This document shows, in pieces, positions 31,180 to 40,448 of a stretch of DNA of 64,000 nucleotides; position 1 is the stretch's first letter, and the number at the start of each line of letters is the position of its first letter. The DNA comes from Spirochaetota bacterium (GTDB lineage: Bacteria > Spirochaetota > UBA4802 > UBA5550). Under the pieces are notes generated by a model that searched no databases, had not been told where the DNA came from, and saw only the letters and a list, made by a program, of their open reading frames with translations. The stretch is taken from the NCBI GenBank assembly GCA_963664815.2, contig CAXXHB010000003.1:288001-352000 (forward strand), read 5' to 3'. The translations under genes and the position numbers were made by a program.

Positions 31180-31965
31180 ATGACAGACAACAAACCAGCA
31201 AATCCATTAGAAATGATCGCCTTTGTCCTTTCCCAGGAAATAAAGGATGGCGAAGTAGTATATATAGGTACAGGTCTCCCGATGGTTGCGGGAATTCTTG
31301 CAAAGAAAACACATGCTCCGAACATTACCCTTGTATATGAATCAGGCGCGCAGAACCCTATGCAGGGAGATATGCCCTGGTCGGTGGGGGGGCCTTTCAC
31401 CTGGAGAAAATCGCCTCTGATTCTTGAGATGTCCTACTCTTTCGGTCAGCTTTATAACGGTTACGTAGACAAAGCGTTTTTAGGATATGCCCAGATTGAC
31501 ATGTATGGTAATGTCAACACTCACATGATAGGCGGGGATTTCCATAATTATAAAAACAGGCTTACGGGGTCGGGAGGAAACAACGATCTGTCATCTCTGG
31601 CAAGCCATCTTATACTTGTGGGACTGCAGTCTCCCGATAAGTTTGTGAAAAAACTTGATTTTATGACATCTCCCGGATTTTTAAGCGGTGGAAACAGCCG
31701 TAAAGAAGCGGGACTGGTCGGCGGTGGTCCACAAACCGTTATTACATCGGCGGGAACCTACTCATTTGACGAAGAAACAAAGAAAATGAAGATAAGAACG
31801 CTTCATCCCGGAGTATCGCCCGAGCTGGCACAGCTTGCAAGCGGTTTTGAGCTTCTCAGACCCCAGGGAGATATCCCTGTAACTAATCTTCCGACAAAGG
31901 AAATAATTGAAATTCTAAGGAAAGAAGTCGACCCGCGCGGTGTCTTTACATCAATGCCGAGTTAG
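31180..31965 (+). CDS. CoA-transferase subunit B
   Basis: YIGTGLP, LVYESG (catalytic Glu), AQIDMYGNVN, GSGGNND and LHPGV motifs. Confidence 0.9.
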   Translation: MTDNKPANPLEMIAFVLSQEIKDGEVVYIGTGLPMVAGILAKKTHAPNITLVYESGAQNPMQGDMPWSVGGPFTWRKSPLILEMSYSFGQLYNGYVDKAFLGYAQIDMYGNVNTHMIGGDFHNYKNRLTGSGGNNDLSSLASHLILVGLQSPDKFVKKLDFMTSPGFLSGGNSRKEAGLVGGGPQTVITSAGTYSFDEETKKMKIRTLHPGVSPELAQLASGFELLRPQGDIPVTNLPTKEIIEILRKEVDPRGVFTSMPS

Positions 31966-31986
31966 TACCCTGCATCTTTCAGTCCG

Positions 31987-32014
31987 AAGAAAGCCCGGAA
32001 ACCCGGGCTTTCTT
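31987..32014. terminator. Bidirectional intrinsic terminator
   Basis: AAGAAAGCCCGG-AAAC-CCGGGCTTTCTT between convergent genes. Confidence 0.8.
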
Positions 32015-32043
32015 TATATTCAGTATTTTAATATTCAGTCAGC

Positions 32044-33303
32044 TCAGTACCTGATATTGTTCCTCCCTGACTCCTTGGCATTGTACATAAGCTGGTCCGC
32101 TTTCTTGATAAGCATTTCAAGGTTGCCTGTATATTCAGCGGCACCGCCGCTTACTGTTACTTTTATTTCATCTTTGCTGAACCTTAATGCTTCAATTCCT
32201 GTGCGGATACGTTCAGCAACAGCTTTTACGCCCGAAATATGAACCTCCGGTAAAATGACCATATACTCCTCGCCGCCATAGCGACCCGCGATGTCAACTG
32301 AACGTATTGACATTTTGATGACATTACCTACAATTTTAAGAACTTCATCACCAAATTGGTGACCGTATGTATCATTTATCTTCTTAAAACAGTCGATATC
32401 AAGCATAAGTAGTGAAAATATGGTTCCATATCTCTCGGCCTTCTCAACTTCGTGGTTAAGCCTGTCGTAAATGTACCCACGGTTATAAAGTCCGGTGAGT
32501 GCATCTGTAACGGCCATCTTTTCAAGTTCAACAGTTTTCTGCCTGACCTCCTGGAAAAGCAGGTAACCTCTTATATTTGTTTTGATTCTTGCCATGAAAA
32601 GATCATAATTGAAAGGTTTGGTAATAAAATCATTGGCACCGATGGATAGTATCCGTGAAATAGTTTTTGTATTATCAATGCCCGAAATTGCGATAATAAC
32701 ACTATCCGGGTCATCCTCTCTCAGTTTAAGTATAACCTTATCGCCTGATGTATCCTGAAGTACAAAGTCAACCAGGTACAGGTCGTATTTTTTGCCAGAC
32801 TCGAGCAGAGCATGCCCGGAATCGTAATAATCGGCATTTTTTATATCATGAAGTGAAAATATTCTCTCAATTAATGTGCGGTCAACTTTGCTGTCATCCA
32901 CAACAGCGTATGCAAGATCCCGCATTCTGGTAAGAAGGATGTCCTCTTTTCTGAAAGCGAGAAGACTCTGTTTGATAGCGTCTATTCCGGAAATCTTCAG
33001 GATATAGTCAACTATGCCAAGCTCATACATCTTCATCCTGTCTTCCAGGGAATCATTTCCTGTTACAACAACTACCGGGATTTCATTGTAGGGAGATATA
33101 TTCAGATCTTTGATAAACTGTTCCGATGGACCTGTCTCAAGCTCCATGGCTGTGAGTATGAGGTTAACTTTGTTCGCTTTAAGCAGGTTAAAAGCTTCAT
33201 CAGCACCGGAAGCTCCCAGATAATCGGCATTTATCTCATTGCAGAGCTCCTTTACTATTGTTTTGTATAACATTCCTGTTTCAAGATGAAGTATAGTGTA
33301 CAT
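32044..33303 (-). CDS. Diguanylate cyclase with two receiver domains
   Basis: TDALTGLYNR, DIDCFKKINDTYGH, RSVD I-site and RYGGEEY motifs. Confidence 0.92.
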   Translation of the reverse strand: MYTILHLETGMLYKTIVKELCNEINADYLGASGADEAFNLLKANKVNLILTAMELETGPSEQFIKDLNISPYNEIPVVVVTGNDSLEDRMKMYELGIVDYILKISGIDAIKQSLLAFRKEDILLTRMRDLAYAVVDDSKVDRTLIERIFSLHDIKNADYYDSGHALLESGKKYDLYLVDFVLQDTSGDKVILKLREDDPDSVIIAISGIDNTKTISRILSIGANDFITKPFNYDLFMARIKTNIRGYLLFQEVRQKTVELEKMAVTDALTGLYNRGYIYDRLNHEVEKAERYGTIFSLLMLDIDCFKKINDTYGHQFGDEVLKIVGNVIKMSIRSVDIAGRYGGEEYMVILPEVHISGVKAVAERIRTGIEALRFSKDEIKVTVSGGAAEYTGNLEMLIKKADQLMYNAKESGRNNIRY

Positions 33304-33629
33304 TATTGTTCCCCTGATTTTTTACAGTATTCCTATTCTGTCGTTTGAGGAAATAATAGGAATATAATTATTCGGGGTTATAAAATCAACCATTTTCAGA
33401 ATTTTCTGAATGTGGAAATATATGAAGGTTGTTTTGATATGTTTTCCGGCAGTAGTATCTGAAATAAAGAGGATACAGGATCAATACGGCAGTAAATAGA
33501 ATAAATCTGTTAACCAATGACCCGTTGATCAGGGCATCGGGGTTTTTCCGGATAGCTCTGGAAGCAGCCAATGCCTTGGATGTGAAGATAACTGCTTAAA
33601 TGAGAAAACCAGAAAAGATCTGGATTAGA

Positions 33630-34646
33630 TCAGATTAAGCCGGAAGGTTTTTTCATTCTTGCAAGAACTTTATCAACAGCCTCGCGAACAATTTTTTTCT
33701 TGTCTTTTCCCATTTTTTCAATGGCTTCCAAGGCACGCTTTCCCCCTATCTTTTCGAGTGTATTTAAAGCTTCAATACGTACTTCAGGGAACCTGTCATA
33801 AAGAAGGTTTTCCACAAAGTCAATAGAGGATTGGTGTTTGAAAATTGCTATTGATTTCAATGCCTCAACGCGGATTACCCTGTACCTGTCATGGGCGGCA
33901 GTATATAAAATAGAGAGAGCATTCTGAATGCTTTCCTGTTTTATTCCCAGAACTGCTCTTTCGTAAACCGGCTCATTTCCGCTTCCATCATCTTTAACTA
34001 ATGGAGTGTCAAGCACTCTGTATGTACGATCGCTGTGTATTGCGGCGATATATGTCCGGACAGCAGCCAGGACTTTCAGGTTTTTATCTGCAAGAAGTTT
34101 TATCAGGTAATCAACACTTTCATATCTGTCAATATTATAAAGCGCTTTTGCCGCGAGAAGTCGCGCTTTGTACTGTTTTTCATCCAGCATATCGCCAAGA
34201 TATGGTATTAACTGTTTGTTTTTTACTGCGTTAGCGGTTGTTATAGCCTGCAGTCTCACAAGGACACTGCTATCGGCAAGTCCGATAATAATAATCTGTA
34301 AAACTGTGACATCTGTTGTAGGCCCGTTATCGGCTATAAATCGTAGAAGTTCGAGTTTGCTTTTCTGAGAACCTTCCTTTATTATCTTAATGAGATTTTC
34401 AGAGATTGACGGATCTCCCAGTACTGCAAACCGTAAAGTCGCCATAGTTTTTATCCATGGATCAGGGTCACTATACATCAGGCTTTTCAGTCTGTCTTTT
34501 AGATCATCACTGAGATCCGTTTTGCTTGCAAGGGCTGCGAATGCGCTGTAGCGAACACCAGCATCTTTATGATCCAGCAACCTCACCAGTTCTTTTATTC
34601 TGTTATTTTTTTTCAGTTTATAAATATCCGGTGTAAAAAGTCCCAT
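33630..34646 (-). CDS. HEAT-repeat protein
   Basis: Repeated LxDxxxxVRxxAxxAL units. Confidence 0.85.
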   Translation of the reverse strand: MGLFTPDIYKLKKNNRIKELVRLLDHKDAGVRYSAFAALASKTDLSDDLKDRLKSLMYSDPDPWIKTMATLRFAVLGDPSISENLIKIIKEGSQKSKLELLRFIADNGPTTDVTVLQIIIIGLADSSVLVRLQAITTANAVKNKQLIPYLGDMLDEKQYKARLLAAKALYNIDRYESVDYLIKLLADKNLKVLAAVRTYIAAIHSDRTYRVLDTPLVKDDGSGNEPVYERAVLGIKQESIQNALSILYTAAHDRYRVIRVEALKSIAIFKHQSSIDFVENLLYDRFPEVRIEALNTLEKIGGKRALEAIEKMGKDKKKIVREAVDKVLARMKKPSGLI

Positions 34647-34916
34647 TTTATAATTCCCCTGTCAGACTTGTTTTGTATTTTTATTTTTTTGCTTTCCTCG
34701 GGATAATCTGTTTATTCATAATCACATTGTCAAGGTTTTCTGATGATCTATAAATAATCAAATATTGTGTAAATTTCAATCTGGGAAATTCTTAAATTGA
34801 CTATATGTTAAATTTAACTTCTTAAAACAATAAAACAGGATATGGAAAAAACGATACAAATACAGTAAAAGAGAGAGACTTATCTGCCGAAACGGTGTTT
34901 CAGAAGTATGAAGACC

Positions 34917-35037
34917 CTGTTAAAAACCGTTTCAATACCGTTTCAACTCCGTTACCGACAGAGAAAAACACGCGTTTTTAACTGTCAGCAGCGTGTTTGA
35001 GACGGAATTGAAGCGAAATTGAATACTCTGTAAACAG
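34917..35037. repeat. Imperfect inverted repeat built from 11-bp phased units (approximately WWCCGTTTCAA)
   Basis: Left arm AACCGTTTCAA TACCGTTTCAA CTCCGTT; right arm TTGAGACGGAA TTGAAGCGAAA TTGAATAC; nested central hairpin. Confidence 0.6.
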
Positions 35038-35134
35038 ATTGTGATATTTGTCGTAAATCTGCAGCGGTATTGATCATACACCTGTTGATGCACAACGTGG
35101 AGTACGCTGGTGTACGATACCTCTATCCGAAGTA

Positions 35135-35173
35135 AATCCCGGTAATCCTTAAATCCTGTAATTCTGTTCAGAA
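35135..35173 (+). repeat. Short tandem AATCC-type repeats
   Basis: AATCCCGGT AATCCTTA AATCCTGT AATTCTGTTCAGAA. Confidence 0.5.
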
Positions 35174-35471
35174 TAAAAGATATAACAGGTTTAAGTATGG
35201 AACTGGTTTCTTCGTTGCGATCCCACCAGTTTAAATACGGGGGCGGTTGTCAGCCCTGTAACCGCTTTAAAAATAAAGTCCAAAAGAACTCTGTTAATCA
35301 TAAAAAGATAATTTTTATGATACCCATATATGAATTAGATCCCGTACGTATAATTCGGGTTTTAGTTTCTTAACGATTGTACATTTTTTTGACAATAGTT
35401 AAAAAAGGGATTAAATTACCATATTCAGTATTTTGTATAAATAGCTCAGGTTTACCGGGGGAAATTTTTTT

Positions 35472-36563
35472 ATGCTCAGGCAGATGAGAAAACTGTTTAA
35501 AACAATAATAATTAATTCTTTAAATACGCAGCAGGTTAATTATCTCGGGGTACTTTACGACAGCTCTTTTGATCTCAATCGTGAATCCGGTTTCACTTCA
35601 TCAACTCCAATACCAAGACAATCTGCAGCTGAGATATTGCTTTACCGTTTTAAGGAGGAGCTGGATCTTGTTCATCTTTTTTCGATATTACTCCGTTATG
35701 AAGGTCAGCGTTTTTATAACAGGGACCTGATAATATGGGGCAAAGAGGATTTCTGTGTTATGCTTAAACGTCAGAAATGGGTATATGACCACGATCTTAA
35801 AATATTTTTCCGGGATTCTTTCTATGAGCATGAAATTAATTTCCTGAATAAAATACATATTATTGATCTGCGCACTGATATAGATATTGATGATCTTATA
35901 AAAAATATCACAGCTATAAGTAAAAAAATGAGTATCCTGGATCTGGAGTGGAGGATTACCGTAAGGCTTTATGACCTGGAACCAGATATAGGTGAACTCA
36001 TAAGAAGGATAATTGAGCTTCTACTTTCACGGCAGAATCTTCAGTCATTTACCGGCGAGCTTTTTTTCTGTTTCAAAGAACTTGCGATAAATGCGAGCAA
36101 GGCAAATTATAAACTGCTTTTTCAGAAGTATGTAGCAGATAAGCATGGATTTACTCCCGAGGAGGATTACAGGAAATTTCTTGAATTATTCAGGTCGGAA
36201 ATAGAGGAAAATGGTAATAGAAATCTGCTGGAGTGGGCAAAGAAGGATGATCGTTACTATACAATAACGTTTCAATCGTCAATCGAATCAATTGAAATAT
36301 GGGTCACAAATACGCAGAATATTACTTTGATTGAGAAGGAGCAGATACTCAAGAAACTTTCACCGGAAGATCTCGACAATGACAGTTTTTTTATTGATGA
36401 TGAAAATACTGAAGGGGCAGGACTCGGTCTTACTATGATAGTAAATATATTGACAAAATATTCATCGGATTCCAATCCTCTGAAAGTTGTTTTCTACCCG
36501 GATTTTGTAAAAATCGGTTTTGAATTAAAGCGTCAGGAAATAAAACAGAATCCGGGATCCTGA
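35472..36563 (+). CDS. Hypothetical protein with a C-terminal HATPase-like (spirochete-type) domain
   Basis: KELAINASKAN (N-box) and EGAGLGL (G-box); no HisKA motif seen. Confidence 0.7.
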   Translation: MLRQMRKLFKTIIINSLNTQQVNYLGVLYDSSFDLNRESGFTSSTPIPRQSAAEILLYRFKEELDLVHLFSILLRYEGQRFYNRDLIIWGKEDFCVMLKRQKWVYDHDLKIFFRDSFYEHEINFLNKIHIIDLRTDIDIDDLIKNITAISKKMSILDLEWRITVRLYDLEPDIGELIRRIIELLLSRQNLQSFTGELFFCFKELAINASKANYKLLFQKYVADKHGFTPEEDYRKFLELFRSEIEENGNRNLLEWAKKDDRYYTITFQSSIESIEIWVTNTQNITLIEKEQILKKLSPEDLDNDSFFIDDENTEGAGLGLTMIVNILTKYSSDSNPLKVVFYPDFVKIGFELKRQEIKQNPGS

Positions 36564-36680
36564 TAACCGGGATTAAAAGAGATAAAATTCTTTACTTTCT
36601 TTATTCAACATCTTCCATGGAATATCTGTCTGTTATTATAGCGGTTAAATAATTAAAAACAGTTGATGCAGGAGTTAGTA

Positions 36681-37598
36681 ATGAAAAGAATCAGTAAAGT
36701 ATATATTTCCGGACTTGGAGCAGTTGGCGGGAGTTATGGCAGCAGGATTTTTGACACCTTTCCCGAAAGCCTGTCTGTCATTGCTGATAAAGAACGCATA
36801 GCCCGTTATGCAAAAACAGGGATCAAGGTTAATGGCAGAAACTATTCCTTTAACTACATCTCTCCTGATGATGACGCCGGGAAGGCTGACCTTCTGATAA
36901 TAGCAGTAAAACAGCATCAGCTTGAGCAATCAATTATTGAAATAGAAAATTTTGTAGGCGAGGATACAATTATTCTATCATTGCTTAACGGCATTGTAAG
37001 TGAAGAAATGATTTCTGAGAAATATGGAATGGAAAAAATACTTCATTCATTTGCTGTAGGAATTGATGCAGTCCGTGATGGAGCGGAGATAAGATTCAGC
37101 AGCATAGGGAAAATTGTTTTCGGTACAAAAGATGAAAGTGGGGAGACAAAGGTTAATTCGGTAAAGGACTTTTTTGACAGAACAGAAATTCCATATAACG
37201 TTCCAGATGATATTATTCGTGAACTCTGGTGGAAGTTTATGATGAATGTGGGGATAAATCAGATATCTGCTGTTTTGAAAGCAAACTATGGGGTATTCCA
37301 GAATATTAATGAGGCGCGCGAATTGATGGAGATGGCATCGTTTGAGGTTGTTGCCATTGCTGAAAAAGCTGGTATCAGTTTAAAAATGGAAGATATAGCA
37401 AAATATATTGCAGTTGCAGATACCCTCTCTTCCGAAGGTAAAACTTCAATGCTTCAGGATATCGAGAAGGGTAGAAAAACTGAGGTCGATATATTTTCGG
37501 GTACAGTTATAGAAATGGGTAAAAAATACGGGATTGATACTCCTGTAAATAGTATTTTATTCAGAATGATTAAAACTCTTGAAAAGATGAATAGTTAA
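36681..37598 (+). CDS. panE: Ketopantoate reductase family protein
   Basis: GLGAVG, AVK, LLNG, WWKFMMNVGIN and KTSMLQDIEKGRKTEVD motifs. Confidence 0.88.
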   Translation: MKRISKVYISGLGAVGGSYGSRIFDTFPESLSVIADKERIARYAKTGIKVNGRNYSFNYISPDDDAGKADLLIIAVKQHQLEQSIIEIENFVGEDTIILSLLNGIVSEEMISEKYGMEKILHSFAVGIDAVRDGAEIRFSSIGKIVFGTKDESGETKVNSVKDFFDRTEIPYNVPDDIIRELWWKFMMNVGINQISAVLKANYGVFQNINEARELMEMASFEVVAIAEKAGISLKMEDIAKYIAVADTLSSEGKTSMLQDIEKGRKTEVDIFSGTVIEMGKKYGIDTPVNSILFRMIKTLEKMNS

Positions 37599-38180
37599 AT
37601 CACAGTGTTTAATTGTATAAAAATCTAAGCATAACAAAGTTGGTGTTTTCACTATTGTGATCAGTTCTGATAATCGGGTTATTCAAGGTATTATACACAG
37701 CTAATCTTGAGTAAAACAAAAGCGGTTGATTGTTTATGATATTCAAGAGGCTGCTGTATAATAATTTTCTGTCGGATGAATTTTGAATAACATTGATTGA
37801 AACAGAAATTATTCATATTACGAAATTGTTAAATAATCACATACCTGTATTCATTGTATGAACGGCACTACAGGCTTTATGCAGATAGAACTTTCATAAA
37901 TGTGCTATTTAGTTATTAAATTTTTCTGAGGGAATTAATATTTTTAATTTTAACATTCATGTAATATAACAACTGTTTTTCTGCTTGCCAATTATTGTAA
38001 AGATACATTTATTATTTTGTAATGACTGACTTGATCAGTTTAATATTAAATATTTGTTAATTAATTATTCTCCGGGATAATTGTTAAACAAAAATTTGAC
38101 ATAAGTAATAATAGAAATTTTTATGGCTTATTGATAAGAAAAATTTAGATCTAAATTATTTGAGTGAAAGGAGATTAGAT

Positions 38181-40349
38181 ATGAGAACTAATGAGTATGT
38201 TGCCTCTCAACTGCGAAAAGTGTCTGAAGAAAAAAAAGAGAGAAAGCCTGTTTCAACTTTTTTCGGCGAATATACTTTTAACAAAGGTGTAATGCAGGAG
38301 AAACTTCCAAGATCAATATTCATGAAGCTGATGTCATGCATTGAAGAAAACACAAAACTTGATATTGATACAGCGAATGCAGTAGCACATGCGATGAAAG
38401 AATGGGCGATGGATAACGGGGCAACCCACTTTGCTCACTGGTTTCAGCCAATGACCGGAGCAACTGCAGAAAAACATGATGCCTTTATTGAGTTTTCCGG
38501 GACACATGAAGTAATTGAAAGATTTTCCGGATCACAGCTTGTTCAGAGCGAACCTGATGCATCAAGCTTTCCGAGCGGCGGAATCCGTGCAACTTTTGAA
38601 GCACGCGGTTACACGGCATGGGACATGTCAAGTCCGGCATTTCTGAGGAAAAATGGCCTTGGGATAACGCTATGTATTCCTTCAGCCTATATCTCATACA
38701 CCGGGGAAGCTCTTGATAAAAAAACTCCGCTTTTAAGATCCGCAAGGGCAGTAAATACAAGTTCAATAAGGATGCTTCGTCTTTTGGGGAATGACCATTC
38801 TAAAAAAGTAGTATCAAATCTCGGTCCTGAACAGGAATATTTTCTGATAGACAGAAGTTTCTATATAAAAAGACAGGATCTTATACTTACCGGGAGAACT
38901 TTGCTTGGAGCTGCACCCGCAAAGGGACAGGAGCTTGAAGACCAGTACTTTGGGAGTATAAAAGAAAGAATACAGTCATTTATGCATGACTTTGATGAGG
39001 AATTATTCAAGCTCGGAATCCCTGCTAAAACACGTCACAATGAAGTAGCACCTGCTCAATTTGAAATTGCACCGATCTTTGAAGAGGCAAATCTTGCTGT
39101 AGACCATAACCAGCTGCTTATGGATACGATGAAAAAAGTGGCGCGAAGACACAACCTTGCTGCGCTTTTGCACGAAAAACCTTTTGCGGGGATTAATGGT
39201 TCAGGAAAACACGTCAACTGGTCTATAGGCACCGATGATGGTATAAACCTTCTTAATCCTGGTAAAACACCGACTGAAAACATACAGTTTCTTGTTTTCC
39301 TTATAGCTGTACTTAAAGCAGTTTTTAAACACAGTGATGTTTTAAGAGCAACTGTTGCCACAACAGGTAACGAGCACAGGCTGGGAGCTAATGAAGCGCC
39401 GCCGGCGATTATTTCTGTGTTTCTTGGCGAGCAGCTTGAAAAAATTCTCAACTCAATCGAAAAAGGTGAAATTCTTAAAGATACAGATGCGGCTCTTATA
39501 GATCTCGGGCTTGCCTCATTACCTGTTGTTAATAAGGATAATACTGACAGAAACAGAACTTCACCATTCGCTTTTACAGGAAATAAATTTGAATTCAGAG
39601 CAGTAGGTTCATCCCAGTCAATATCGCTTCCGGCTGCTGTTATCAATATGATCGTTGCGGAAAGTCTTGATGAACTTTCTGATAAAATTGAGAAATCAGG
39701 TAAAGGTGATCTGAAGAAGACTATAATGGATTTGATCAGGGAAGAGATTAAAGAGATTAAGCCGATAGTATTCGGCGGTGATAACTACTCAGCTGAATGG
39801 TACAAAGAAGCTGAAAGAAGGGGCCTGCCTAACCATAAAACGACTCCCGAATCTTTAAAATCATTTAATACAGACAAAGCAAAAAAACTCTTTGATAAAT
39901 ATAAGGTCCTCTCAAATGTGGAACTATATTCGAGATATCATATACATCTTGAAAACTATATTAAAAAAATAGAGATTGAATCAAGAGCTTTTTACAGCAT
40001 TGTTACATCTCAGGTTATTCCTGCTGCATATAAATTTCAGAATGAGATTGCCGGATCCATTAAAAACACAATGGGGCTGGTAGATGACAGTATACTGAAA
40101 CCGCAGAAAGATCTTCTTCTCAGGGTCAGCACACTAATTGGGAAGATACAGAATGGAATGAATGAACAGATCCAGTTGAGTGAAAATGCAAAGAAGATTG
40201 AAAATGAACAGGAAAAAGCTGAATTTTATTGTGAAAAAGTAAAAGTCACAATGGATGTAAACCGTCTGCTGGTTGATGAACTTGAAACAATTATGGATGA
40301 CGACATCTGGCCTATACCGAAATTCTGGGAGATGCTTTTTATCTGTTAG
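38181..40349 (+). CDS. glnA: Glutamine synthetase type III
   Basis: HWFQPMTGATAEKHD, EPDASSFPSGG, HNEVAP, HEKPFAGINGSGKH, DRNRTSPFAFTGNKFEFRAVGS. Confidence 0.96.
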   Translation: MRTNEYVASQLRKVSEEKKERKPVSTFFGEYTFNKGVMQEKLPRSIFMKLMSCIEENTKLDIDTANAVAHAMKEWAMDNGATHFAHWFQPMTGATAEKHDAFIEFSGTHEVIERFSGSQLVQSEPDASSFPSGGIRATFEARGYTAWDMSSPAFLRKNGLGITLCIPSAYISYTGEALDKKTPLLRSARAVNTSSIRMLRLLGNDHSKKVVSNLGPEQEYFLIDRSFYIKRQDLILTGRTLLGAAPAKGQELEDQYFGSIKERIQSFMHDFDEELFKLGIPAKTRHNEVAPAQFEIAPIFEEANLAVDHNQLLMDTMKKVARRHNLAALLHEKPFAGINGSGKHVNWSIGTDDGINLLNPGKTPTENIQFLVFLIAVLKAVFKHSDVLRATVATTGNEHRLGANEAPPAIISVFLGEQLEKILNSIEKGEILKDTDAALIDLGLASLPVVNKDNTDRNRTSPFAFTGNKFEFRAVGSSQSISLPAAVINMIVAESLDELSDKIEKSGKGDLKKTIMDLIREEIKEIKPIVFGGDNYSAEWYKEAERRGLPNHKTTPESLKSFNTDKAKKLFDKYKVLSNVELYSRYHIHLENYIKKIEIESRAFYSIVTSQVIPAAYKFQNEIAGSIKNTMGLVDDSILKPQKDLLLRVSTLIGKIQNGMNEQIQLSENAKKIENEQEKAEFYCEKVKVTMDVNRLLVDELETIMDDDIWPIPKFWEMLFIC

Positions 40350-40401
40350 TCTCTGGAATTTCCTTTAATTAGTTACTTTTAAATTACTCCCGGCTTTGTC
40401 G

Positions 40402-40432
40402 CGCCCCTCTCTTTTTTCAAAGAGAAGGGGCG
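40402..40432. terminator. GC-rich hairpin between the convergent glnA and HDAC genes
   Basis: CGCCCCTCTCTTT...AAAGAGAAGGGGCG. Confidence 0.65.
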
Positions 40433-40448
40433 GGGATAAGCAGAAGGA

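Noticed and set aside
33386-33571. 61-aa minus-strand ORF between the HEAT and diguanylate cyclase genes
   Set aside because: TTG start, no convincing SD and no motif.
34925-35029. GTTTCAAT / ATTGAA words resembling CRISPR repeat ends
   Set aside because: The units are 11 bp, tandem and inverted, with no 30-40-nt spacers and no cas genes.
35195-35270. c-di-GMP-I riboswitch on the minus strand (GGGATCGCAAC resembles GGGACGCAAA)
   Set aside because: Lacks the GCAAA/GNRA P2 and the matching P3 layout.
37599-38180. GlnR, NtcA or sigma54 sites upstream of GSIII
   Set aside because: The TGT..ACA dyads have non-consensus spacing, and there is no TGGCAC-N5-TTGC in this very AT-rich region.
39056-39646. 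Long antisense or alternative-frame ORFs (also 14546-15097, 45387-45875, 47033-47494, 58279-58821 and many shorter ones)
   Set aside because: Shadow frames of well-supported genes, with no motifs or SD.
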